Source: the human T2T-CHM13v2.0 reference genome, Homo sapiens. Taken from it: DNA of 64,000 bases. The stretch lies in the NCBI RefSeq assembly GCF_009914755.1, contig NC_060931.1. The stretch is one strand, 5' to 3'. The notes beneath the pieces were generated by a model that searched no databases, was not told the DNA's origin, and saw nothing but the letters and a program-made list of their open reading frames with translations. The position numbers were made by a program, and so were the translations under genes. Below are positions 52,840 to 64,000 of the stretch, one piece after another; positions within the stretch are counted from its first letter, which is position 1, and each line of letters begins with the position of its first letter.

Positions 52840-53944
52840 AAAATCCTTCCATTCTTAATGTACTAAGTTTTAAAAAATAAAATATTAAATGTATATTTAC
52901 ATATAATTTTTTTCACCATATATTTCAGCATCATTTTTTAAATTTATATTTGACCTATCGATATATTACACGATCTTAGAGGATTCCTGGATATTAAGCC
53001 ATTTTTACATTTCCATGGGGGACCCATCCAGTTGATGTTTATTGTATTAAGCAACTTAAATAGTAGCTGGCTGAACTGATTAAGGTTTTGTACTTATATT
53101 TGAAAACTATATTGTTTTACACACGGTTCTTTGTGCTTTTTCATATTTTGTTCTCCTAGTTGTCCTGGTTTTATGATATGACCACAGTTTCCAGCTTCTT
53201 CTTTGCTTTGAAATTGATTATGTGGTATTAGAATGAAAAATTACTTCGAAATTTTTTAAAAATGATCTATAATGTATTTTACATTTATAGTCAGATTTTT
53301 GGTGGAAATTTTTGGATAAAATTTCTTACTTCTTCCTTGATTATTGACTTATTTGTGATTTCCACTACTTGTTCAGTCAAATTTATTGACACACTATCTT
53401 AGAATGTTATCCTCACTACTATATTTCTAAGCATATTAGGAAATGTATGTGTATGATTGCTTTGTAATTTCTAATTTTCTCTGTATTCATTTTATATGTG
53501 GTTTCTCATTTATACTTTGTGTTTTTTCTATTCTTTCCTTAATTTAATCTGTCTAAAATGTCAATTTTTTATTTTTAATAAAATCTGTTATTGAATTTAT
53601 CAATATACTGCTTTCTATTGCTTTTATTTTAAAAGTGTTTTTGCTTTTATACTTTATTTGAACTTTCTCATTTTAACAAACTGGATAACTTAACAAACTA
53701 TCCCCCAAAACTGATATGATTAAGCAGTAAAAAAATAAGCAGAGTTATCAATGTCTCTAACAATACAGTTAATATTCTCCAGCTACTATTATGTAGAATT
53801 TTACCCCAAAGAAACAGAAAATACACATTCTTTAAAGCACATGTAGGACATTCTAAAAATAGACCATACATTAAACCATAAATGAAGTCTCAATAAATTC
53901 TGAAGGTAAAGATGTAGATGTTGACTAGTGATCCTCTAGCAAGC

Positions 53945-54135
53945 TCTGCCATGATTGTGACTATGGCTACCCAAAATCCAGGCACACACTTCTTCCCTAC
54001 ACACACTTTCACCCTCTGCCTAAGTGAAGCAATCCGAAGACCTGTCCAGTTACTACATCGAGCTCCCAGTCAGAATCTTTGAGAAATGTGCATTTTTCTC
54101 CTTTAGGTTCTTCATGTCTGCAAGACTAAAAATAT
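53945..54135 (-). mobile_element. MaLR internal (MLT-int-like) fragment
   Basis: tccagttactacatcgagctc...gaatctttgagaaatgtgca resembles recalled MLT1-int. Confidence 0.4.
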
Positions 54136-56748
54136 GAGGACTGTAGGTTCCAGTTTGTCCAAGAAAGTCTCTGTTAGTGACTGTGTCCCTGCCTCCTGTT
54201 TGGTAAATTGGTTTAGGTTTTTCATGTTTTAGTGAAGTACTGCCATTATTAGGAAGTACATCAAAATAAGCCAAGAAGGGATGAGTAGATGAGCATTGAT
54301 CCTCTCTGAGTGTGTAACTCAGTCAATAGAGAAAGTTCAACTTTAAGTGTGAGTGAAAACCAGTAATGATCTATCCTTTTTGTCCTGAGCTTCAGATGTG
54401 TGTATGTGTGTGTACAGCTCTATATAATTCTATCACATGTGTAACTTCATGTAACCACCTCCATAATCAGAATACAGAGCTGTGTCACCACAAAAATTTC
54501 TTGAGCTACCCCTTTATATTCACACCCACCCTCCCTCATCTTTTACCTCTGACAATCACTAATCTGCTCTTCTTCACTGTGGTACCTCTCTGTAATTGTC
54601 TTCTTTTGTGAATATCATATATTTGTGAACTGCTTTTTTATTTTGCAATAAATCATTTTGACAGAAATTTTTTTTTAAAAAAGGTAAATACTTAATGAAA
54701 AATTAAGTAATTTCCAAACCTCAATAAACCCAACAATGACTGTATATTGCACAAAATATATGTTAACATTTGCCAACTACCATGTGAGCTGCAGTGTTAC
54801 AAGAGACCATCAGAAAAGCTAAAGGCAAAAGTCTGGTGAAGCACCAGCATCAACTTCAAAAATTAGAAATTATTCTAAGGTAAAAAAGGATTTACACATC
54901 ACTCAGTGAAACGCAACCGTTCATTTGGATCAAATGACTGATTCATTTGAAACTTATTTCACTCATTTTCAACTACAAGATTTTTTGTGTGCATATTAAA
55001 AGTAAAGTACTAGTTTTACAATGTGTTGGCTCTATTAATAGGAGAATGTTGCAAATAATAACATTCTTGCAAATGTTATACCAAGCTCATTATATATTTC
55101 AAATAGAGAAACATTTAGATTCAAATATAATTCATTTTTCAATCAGTTTGTGGAATCAAAGTAAAATTTCTTGAAATTCCTTCAATCAAAAATTAAATAT
55201 CTATGATCATTGTGAATTTTACTGTTAAATCCTATTTAAATATTCGACATTAAAGAGAAAACTGTTTTTGAAATAATATTGTTAATAGAAATTTTGATGA
55301 AGTGAAATGCTAAAAAAAGATTATTTTTAAATTATGAAGTTTATGAAGCAGAAATATTTTTTGACCTTGTTTTGGAGCATAAGTAATTAATAAATACAGT
55401 TCTAACAAGTTATTATATTTTACTATCCAAAAGAGAAACAATGGTTGTGAAATATATATATATATTTCACACACACATATATATACATTTCAATGAATGA
55501 ATGTATACATATGAATGAATGAATGTGTATATATACACACACAGATGTATATATTTAATATATTTATTGCTATTGTAGCTGAACTACAAATTTTTTATGA
55601 TAAATCTAATTTTAAATACAAAAGGATAAAAAACTTTCACTACACAGTTTTTTCTCTTTGTTGCCCACTATTATTCAGATTTTGGAAATGTTTGAATGAT
55701 GGTGTAAATCAACCTATGTGTTCTACAATAGTGTCAACCAGTCTGTAAACAAGTTCTCTAAACATGGGGTATATTCTATTTGAAATAAGCTGAAAATCTG
55801 TAATCAACATATTCAACAAATGCTAAACAAGTGCTAAAGATCTTATGTTTATAGATCTTAACAAATAAAATCATTGAAAACAAAGTTGAAATCATCTAAA
55901 GTCCTGTCCAGTTACTGCATCCAGATCAAAGTGGCAAGCAAGGAAAGAGCTGAACAAATTAAATGATGAGTGTTCAAACAATAGATTGGATTTAATTTTT
56001 AATATTTATAATCATGTTTTGAATTATCTAGATATGTAAAAAAATATGTTTGTAGAGCTTTTTTTATTTTGGATAAATGTATATTCTATACCAGAATAGA
56101 ACGAAAGTGAGAATTATTATAACTTGGTGCCATTTCAAAGCATTCAAAAGAATCATAAATAGAGATGATTTATTCCATTTTTTTTGTCTTGTCAAGATTT
56201 GTCAAATAAGAAAGGTTATGCCAGATAATAAAAATCTTTGGGATAATGTTTTCATAAAATATTAGAATAATCTCCATTTAGTGGAATTTTCTTTGAGCAA
56301 GCATGTATTTCAGCACCTAAGGAAATATTTTTTTCAATTAAAAGTAAGTTTTATAGAGAAAAGTCAAAGGTGTCGACAGTTTCAAATGTAGTAACCACAA
56401 AATGCATATTTGAAGAGATGTTATACAATTTTATTTTTAAGAGACCAGTAAGTCTATATTTTTAAATGTTCTGTAAAAAAGCAAATTGTTAGAGTCTATG
56501 AGGAACATTTTAGAAAGTTTGGAAACAAACTAAACAAATTATCAATAACACTGACATTAGTAAAATTTTAAAGACACCTTTTGTCCTATACAGTCTCATA
56601 ATTTGATATGATTAACTTATACATTTGACTTTGAATCAGACCTACCAAACTTTGAGGAAATAGTGGTTCCAGGCTTGAATAAAAAAGGTCCCATATATTT
56701 TGTAAAGTTAGTGTATTCTTGGTTTCCAAACAAAATATAAAGTCCATG
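54136..56748 (+). mobile_element. hAT-Blackjack DNA transposon fossil with decayed transposase
   Basis: Terminal ttccagtttgtccaagaaagtc resembles the MER81/MER94 end; internal remnants read as N-EKLS, CTK, ASTSK, HSVK..SF.SND, GIKVKFLE. Confidence 0.75.
54405..54620 (-). mobile_element. L1MC 3' UTR fragment inserted in Blackjack
   Basis: catgtaaccacc...aatcagaatacag...caccacaaa...ctacccctttata...tgacaatcactaatctg. Confidence 0.75.
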
Positions 56749-56858
56749 CAAATAAAAAAGCAAAAATTTATAGATCCATGTTACTTATGAATATAGAAGC
56801 AAAAATGTTAAATAAAATATAACGAACTAAATATAATAGTGTGTTTAAAATATTGTCA

Positions 56859-58860
56859 CACAAGAATGCCCACTTTCACCACTTCTATTCAATATAATAC
56901 TAGAAGTCCTAGCCAGAGCAATCAGTCAACAGAAAGCAACAAAAGGCATCCAAATTGGGAAAGATCAATGTACACAAATCAGTAGCACTGCTGTAACCAA
57001 CAGCAACCAAGCTAAGAATCAAATCAAGAACTCAATCCCTTTTACAATAGCTGCAAAAAATAAATAAATTAATTAATTTAATTAAATTAAATACTTTGGA
57101 GTATACTTAACCAAGCAGGTGAAGGGTCTCTACAAAGAGAACTACAAAACCCTGCTTAAAGAAATCGCAGATGACACAAACAAGTGAAAACACAGCCCAT
57201 GCTCATGGATAGAGAGAATCAATATTGTGGAAATGACCACACTGCCCAAAGCAATCTACAGATTCAATGCAACGCCCATCAAAATACCATCATCATTCTT
57301 TGCAAAACTAGAAAAAAATTACTAAAATTCATATGGAACCAAAAAAGAACTCACATAGTCAAAGCAATACTAAGCAAAAAGAACAAATCTGGAGGCATCA
57401 CATTACTGGATTTCAAATTATATTACGAGGCTACCATTACCAAAACAGCATGGTACTGATATAAAAATAGGAACTTAGACCAATGGAGCAGAATAGAGAA
57501 CCCAGAAATAAACAGAGTAGAGAACCCAGAAATAAACAAAATACTGATCTTTAATGAAGTATACAAACACATAAATTGGGGAAAGGACACCCTATTAAAT
57601 AAATGGTGCTGGGAAACTGGTAAGCCACATATAGAAGAATGAAACTGGATTGCCATCTCTCACCCTATACAAAAATCAACTCAAGATTGAGCAAAGAGTT
57701 AAATTTAAGACTTGAAACCACAAAAATTCTAGAAGATAACATTGGGAAAACTCTTCTGGACATTGGCTTAGGCAAAGAATTCATGACTAAGACTCCAAAA
57801 GCAAATGCCAAAAAATTAATAAATAAATGTGGCCTAATTAAACTAAAGAGCTTCCGTACAGCAAAAGAAACAATCAGCAGAGTAAACACATAATCCAGAG
57901 TGGGAGAAAATATTCACAAAGTATGCCTCCAACAAAGGACTAGTATCCAGAATCTACAAAGAACTCAAACAAATCAGCAAGAAAAAAACAAATAATTTCA
58001 TCAGAAAGTGGGCAAAGGACATGAATAGACAATTCTCAAAAGAGGATATACAAACAGCCCACAAACACATGAAAAAATGCTTAACATCACTAATCATCAA
58101 ACAAATGCAAATTAAAACCACAATGAGACACCACCTTACTCCTGCAAGAATAGTCATAATTAAAAAGTCAAAAAACAATAGATGTTGGCTTGGATGTGGT
58201 GAAAAGGCAACACTTTTATATTGCTGGAGGGAATGTAAATTAGTACAACCTCTATGGAAAACAGTATGAAGATTCCTTAAAGAACTAAAAGTAGAACTAC
58301 CATTCAATCCAGCAATCCCACAACTGGGTAGCTACTCAATGGAAATGAAGCCATTATGTGAAAAACAAACATGCACATTCATGTTTGTGGCAGCACAACT
58401 CACAATTGCAAGGATATTGTACCAATCTAAGTGCCCATTGACCAGCTAGTGGATTAAAAAAAATGTGGTATATTGACACCATGGAATACTATTCAGACTA
58501 CTCAGCCATAAAAAAAAGGTACAAAATAATGTCTTTTTCAGCAACTTGGATGGAACTGGAGGCCATTACTCTAAGTGAGTAACTTAGGAATTAAAAACCA
58601 GATACCACATGTTCTCACTTGTAAGTGGAAGATAAGCTATGAGGATGCAAAGACATACAGAGCAATACAATGGACTTTGAGGACTTGGGACATGGGGAGG
58701 ATGGGAGGTGGTTGAGGAATAAAATACTACATATTGGCTACAGTGTACACTGCTCAGGTGACAGGTGCACTAAAATCTTAGAACTCACCACTAAAGAACT
58801 CATCCATGTAACCAAAAACCACCTGTACCCCAAAAACTATTTAAATAAAAATAAATAAAT
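56859..58860 (+). mobile_element. 5'-truncated L1PB-like element, ~2 kb
   Basis: ORF2 remnants ([27 protein letters not shown]); PB-type 3' UTR cagtgtacactgctcaggtga...aaccacctgtacccc; TSD taaaatattgtca / taaaatattatca. Confidence 0.93.
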
Positions 58861-59367
58861 AAAATATTATCATTAAAATCCCAGGAGTACAGGTATGATT
58901 TAATATCAGAAAATTTATAATGCAATCTGCAATCTTAATATACTAAGAAAAAAATATAATTATTTCAATAAAATGGAGAAAAATAGCCTTGAGATAGAAC
59001 AGAGCTTCATTAATTTTATTAAAAAAAACAATTTAGAGTATACATCTACTTGATGAAGGAAATGTGGATGTATTTTATTTAAATTGGCAACAGAAAATAA
59101 TAGCCATAACCATCATTACCATTTAACCTGGTTTTGGTGTAGGACTTGGAGAGAAGACATAATGGTATGCTTATTTTTGTATAACATGATTACTTTATGC
59201 AGGAATTGCAACAGAATTATCAAAGAAACTATTAAGACTAAAAATAGTATTTGCCAACTTTTCTGTAGACAAACTTAATCTGAAAAATTCAATAGTGTTT
59301 CTAAACACTAGCAAAAACCAATTACTTATACAGTCAATTGTCATTATTCATAGTAGTTCTGTTCAAT

Positions 59368-59670
59368 AAAAGGAAGGAAGGAAGGAAGGGAAGGAAGGAA
59401 GGAAGGAAGGAAAGAAGGAAGGAAGGAAGGAAAGAAGGAAGGAAGGAAGGAAAAAAGAAAGAAAGAAAGAGAGAGAGAAAGAAGGAAAGAAAGAAAGAAA
59501 GAAAGAAAAAAAGAAGGAAAGAAAGAAAGAGAGGAAGGAAGGGAGGAGGAGAGAAAGAGGAAGGAAGGGAGGAGGAGAGAAAGGGAGAAAGAGAGAAAGA
59601 GGGGGAGGAAGGGAGAAAGAATGAAAGAACAAAAGGAAAGGAAAGGAGAAAGAAAGAGGGAAAGAAAGAG
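59368..59670. repeat. Purine-rich (GGAA)n/(GAAA)n tract
   Basis: ~300 bp of almost pure A/G. Confidence 0.95.
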
Positions 59671-59913
59671 ATTTACATAAACACAGAAATATTACACCAC
59701 ACTACAAATACTACAAATCCATGAAGGGTAAGCAAAATAATAGAAACCTAGACCAATGGCACAGAATAGAGTTCAGAGGGAGACCAACGTGTGTATGGTC
59801 AATAAAGGTAGTATACAAAAATAAGTGGGAGATTTTTTAGAAGATAGTTTTGGGAAAACTGATCCATGACATAAAGAAAAATAAACTAGCTCTCTAAAAT
59901 GAGTGCTTTAGGT

Positions 59914-61990
59914 CAATGTTACCCGATAGAAATATAAAGTGAGAGGTAGATGTAACTGTAAATTTTCTAATTGTCATATTTTAAAAAGTAAAAAGAAACA
60001 GGTATACTAACTTTAGTAATATATTTTATTTAACCCAATGTGTCCAAAATATTATTATTTAAACATGTAATCAATATTTTAAAACTTATTGATACATTTT
60101 ACCTCTTTTTATTCTAAGGCTTCAAAATATGGTGTGTATTTTACACTTACAACCCATTTTGATCCATCTCTAAATCTCACTGGAAACAATTTATCTATGT
60201 TAGATTTCAGAAAATTTACAGTTGAAATTTACAGTTGATTCATGTATCCAAGCTGTTCTAAACATACTTAATAAATTTTCAACAATTAAATTGTGCATGA
60301 AATAAAAATCACTTTTGTTTAATGTTTGAATCCACATTGGTAAAATTAATCCACTTATTTTTTAAAAATCGATTTAACTTGAAGAAAAAGCATATTGGTA
60401 CCAATAGTATGTCTGTCCAAGTTAAATAATTTCATTAACTCATGTATCAGTAAGCATCATTAACATAAAATCAAAGAGGTTATTGTACCATAATTATCCA
60501 TATCAACAAAGCATACTCCAAACTTTTCCTGTATGCTTTGCAGCCATTTTACATTATGCTGTAGATTGCAATTCTACATTCATAATACCTTTAACAGAAG
60601 TTAAAAGCTTCATGAAACTAAACAAAAGTATTTTCAATACTTACATACTGTGGAATGAAGCAATAAAGGAAATATCAGTCTCTCATTTTAAAATTCTAGT
60701 GAATTCAGATTTTCGACCTAACATAGCTGGAATACTCTGTTGTGATAGAAATTGACTTTTTCATATCTATCTGAAATCCTTCTTTGAAAAATTCAAAAGA
60801 TTCAACAGTATTTATATCACAAGTTTAAATTTTTAGATTGTGAATTGATAGTATTTCTACATAAATTTGGTAGTTTTTTGAGACAAAATATATTCAAAGC
60901 ATTAGTTGAGTAGCATCTCATATCACAAGATGCATCCAGAGGTACTGACAGTTTTTAAAATGTTGAATCAGTTAATCTTTGATATTGTGAGAAAGGTATT
61001 GCACTTTATGGGCAAATTTTCTGTGGCTTAGCTACAGGTCTTTTGCTTACAGTAAAATATCTTTTTTAGTCTTTTTCTTACAACTTTCTAACAAATTTTT
61101 CATAAATTAATCATGATTTTTGCCGTCTTTCTGACTAAAAATGATTTTCCCTGTTCAATAATTTAATTCAGTTTATAGCTAGCCAAAGTTATAAGCCCAG
61201 TTTCTGATGAAAATCATTTAAAAGTTTTGTGTTGATCATTTAATTCTGATTTCAGTTAATTATTGTCAATGCTTTTTTGACTATTGAGAGGAAGCATCTT
61301 ATTAAATTCACTATGTATGTGCTGAAAACATCTCTTAATATTATCTACCTTATTATCTTTAAAACTTGCTTTTTTTACTGATACAACAATTTGTAATTGT
61401 TATTTATTATGAAATTTGTGACATACTTTTTTCCAATCTTTGTCTTTTTAAAAATGTTTCCCATTGTATTACACACATCTGCATCTGCATTTGAATCTGT
61501 AGCAGTAGTGTGATTTTATTTTAAATGTAAAAATTTGTTAATATTATTTTTACACTGAAAAAAACAAACTATATCAAATAATAATATAATTTTTAATGTA
61601 ATTACTGATTATAATTTACTTAGGCATCACTCTAAGTCTTGATGCTTTTGCAATATATTAAAATAAACAATCTACAATGTTACATCAGCACATAGAAAAA
61701 ATCATTTGGACTAAAAAAATTGTTTTATGCCAATTATATTGGTAATGTTTATGTCTGCCAACAGAAATAATGCATGTGCCCAGCACATACACCACAATAA
61801 AGCAATATCTTACATGGTGCAATAGTTAAACTCAAAACAATACATTATGTATGATTTTACACTGATTAAGTTTTTAAGTTTAAAGTAATTAAAACCAAAC
61901 AAAATTAAAATTTAGTTTCTTAGTTGTACTAGCTACCTTCAAGTGTTTGGTAGCTACATGTGACTCTTGGCTACTAAGTGAATAGCCCAG
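59914..61990 (-). mobile_element. Charlie5-like hAT transposon fossil with both ends
   Basis: MER33-type left end (gatagaaatata...aaaaagtaaaaagaaacagg), MER3/MER33-type right end (tagctacatgtgac..tggctac); minus-strand remnant FKDNKVDNIKR.FQ.IHSEF; degenerate 8-bp TSD ctttaggt/attgagct. Confidence 0.85.
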
Positions 61991-62809
61991 ATTGAGCTGA
62001 ATTAAAGATTTAAATGTAAAAGAAGAAACAACAAAGTCTGACTAAGAAAAATGTACAGCAGTATCTTAGTGATCTAGAAGGGTAACAAAAGCATAAACCT
62101 TAAGTAAAGAAAACTGCCAATGGAGCATACAAAAGCTAAATATTTCTGTTCAGTAGCAGGAACCGTGGACAAGACTTATAGGTAACAAAATTAGAAAGCA
62201 AGATAGAGTAAAGCATTTGGAGATTATGTGGAATGCACATCCTCTCTTGCATGGCTTGTGGAGGTATAGACTGACTTTAGTGATTGCAGAGAGCAATCTG
62301 GTACCATTAGTTAAATTAAGTATAATCATACCCCAGATATAACCCAGGAATTCTCAACAGCACGAGTATCAAGATGTTCCCTATAGCTTTCACTATGGCG
62401 GCACAAGAAAATATACAGTTGAATACCACAATGAAATTTATGCAAGAAGAATGGATCAGTAAAATGTGGTGGGTATTTGCAATGGAGCATTACTTAACAG
62501 TTAGAAGAAACAGATTAGATGTACATAGGCAGACACAGAGAAATCTTTAAAAATAGCACTTACTACGAAAAAGTAATAAAGAAAATGAGATTATAACATG
62601 TGTGTGATGCACCTGTTACCATGCACACAGTTAGCAATGCACATTTTGAAAGAACACCTCCAAAATACATGTTGAACACATGATGTTGATTGTCTACATG
62701 AGGAGAACAATGACAATGGGGTGGACTAATGGTTATAGTGTATCATAAACTTGGAAGTGTGATTAAATATTCAATTTTTGAGGTCCATGAAAATTGCTTT
62801 TAAAAACTG

Positions 62810-64000
62810 AATTCCATTTCTGGCATTATGGTAGAATGTCCTGAGATACTCTCCCATGGAACAAACAAAATACAATATAAAACATATTTTAAAATATATT
62901 TAATGTATTTCTCAAAATCAAATAAATAATTAAAAAAAGAATCCAATGACATAAGCAAGTACTTAAGCTGTCTTTTTCCCAGAAGCATCAGTTGAATCCT
63001 ACTGAAGTTAACTTTCTGGTTTCATGTCTACACTTGGAGCACAAGGAACAAGAAATAAGCCTAGTACTTTCCCAAGTTGGGGCACCAAAGAGATGTCTAC
63101 TTAAAGTGAAAAGACAGAAGGATAGGGCAATTTAGAAACAAAATTACCTCATTTAAGGACACAAAAGTAAAAGTTGCCTACCTTGACAATGACACTATGT
63201 AAAAGGATAAATATCTCTACTGAGATTTCATTGTTCCTAGATGACATTCACATGCATTTTCAAACTCAAATTCTGGCTATCTGTATTGCCTGAAAAATTT
63301 AAAGCCAGGAATTCAAGCTGTCTCAGATTAATAGTACCCATAATTTCCTAGAAGGAAACACAAATTCTTTCCAAGAAAACCCATTTCAATTCATTTCTCC
63401 CAGAATTTTCCCACAGATAAATGTCAAAGGAACATCAAAAGCAAAAGGAAATAGGGTATCATGAGTAACAACCAGTGATATGAAAATATGATTAGGCATG
63501 TTAGAAAATAAAAGTATATCAAACTTCTAAAAATTTCTTAAAGTATTTCAATTTGAAGTACAATAGAAAACAAATTATATATAGCTGAATAATTATTTAT
63601 CTGATACTTAAATCTTAAGAAATTATTTAGACTATGCACATAAAGAAAATGAGATGCTAAATATAAAGAGAGGTTATTAAGAGACATGGAAAATAGATTA
63701 TGATGGTTTAACATTCATTCAGAGTCTAGTAGGAGAGAAATAGGACAATATCTTTTGTGGTAATGGTTGAAAATATTCAAGAGCTGATTATTAGACGTTT
63801 CTCTTAACATTCAGGTAGCCCAGATAATCTCAAACAAAATAAATAAAATAAAATTCATACCTAGATACAAAGTGCTGATGTTTCAGAACACCAAAGACAA
63901 AGTAAAGATCTGAAAATTAGTCAAAGAAAAGACAAAAACCTGAAATTAAATGGCAATTCCACTGACAGCTGACTTTGCAACAGCAGTAATGGAAACCAGA
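62810..64000 (+). mobile_element. Old L1M 5' region and ORF1 remnant, running off the window
   Basis: ttaagagacatggaaaataga, catacctagatac, cagaacaccaaagacaaag, ctgacagctgacttt..aacagcagtaatggaa. Confidence 0.8.

Larger units (their letters stand above)
53680..62760 (+). mobile_element. Ancient L1ME-class element in collinear pieces (53680-53910, 56755-56858, 58873-59340, 59690-59905, 61995-62760)
   Basis: EN-region cagaaaatacacattcttt...aatagaccat, then tatgaatatagaagcaaaa, atcccagga, gaccaatggcacagaatagag, aaagatttaaatgtaaaa, in ORF2 order. Confidence 0.65.

Overview
Non-coding primate (probably human or other catarrhine) genomic DNA. It carries AluS/AluY, L1PA/PB, THE1C and MLT/MER LTRs, plus many ancient MIR, L2, L3 and L1M copies and hAT/TcMar DNA-transposon fossils. 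I see no credible host protein-coding exon, RNA gene, CRISPR array or prokaryotic feature. The long ORFs come from L1 ORF2 remnants, Alus, microsatellites or a stop-poor minisatellite. The window has two compartments. The left (~1-38.6 kb) is GC-richer and MIR/L2-dense, with candidate regulatory DNA: a strong CTCF motif, a triple AP-1 cluster, a palindrome/EBF cluster, CNE-like segments and a 27/28-bp minisatellite with 5-unit higher-order structure. The right (~39-64 kb) is an AT-rich stack of nested L1s containing large Blackjack and Charlie5 hAT fossils. I found no convincing new biological system. The best leads are regulatory candidates and several small templated or inverted duplications. 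Repeat subfamily names come from recalled consensus similarity, not a database search, and the boundaries of old elements are approximate.
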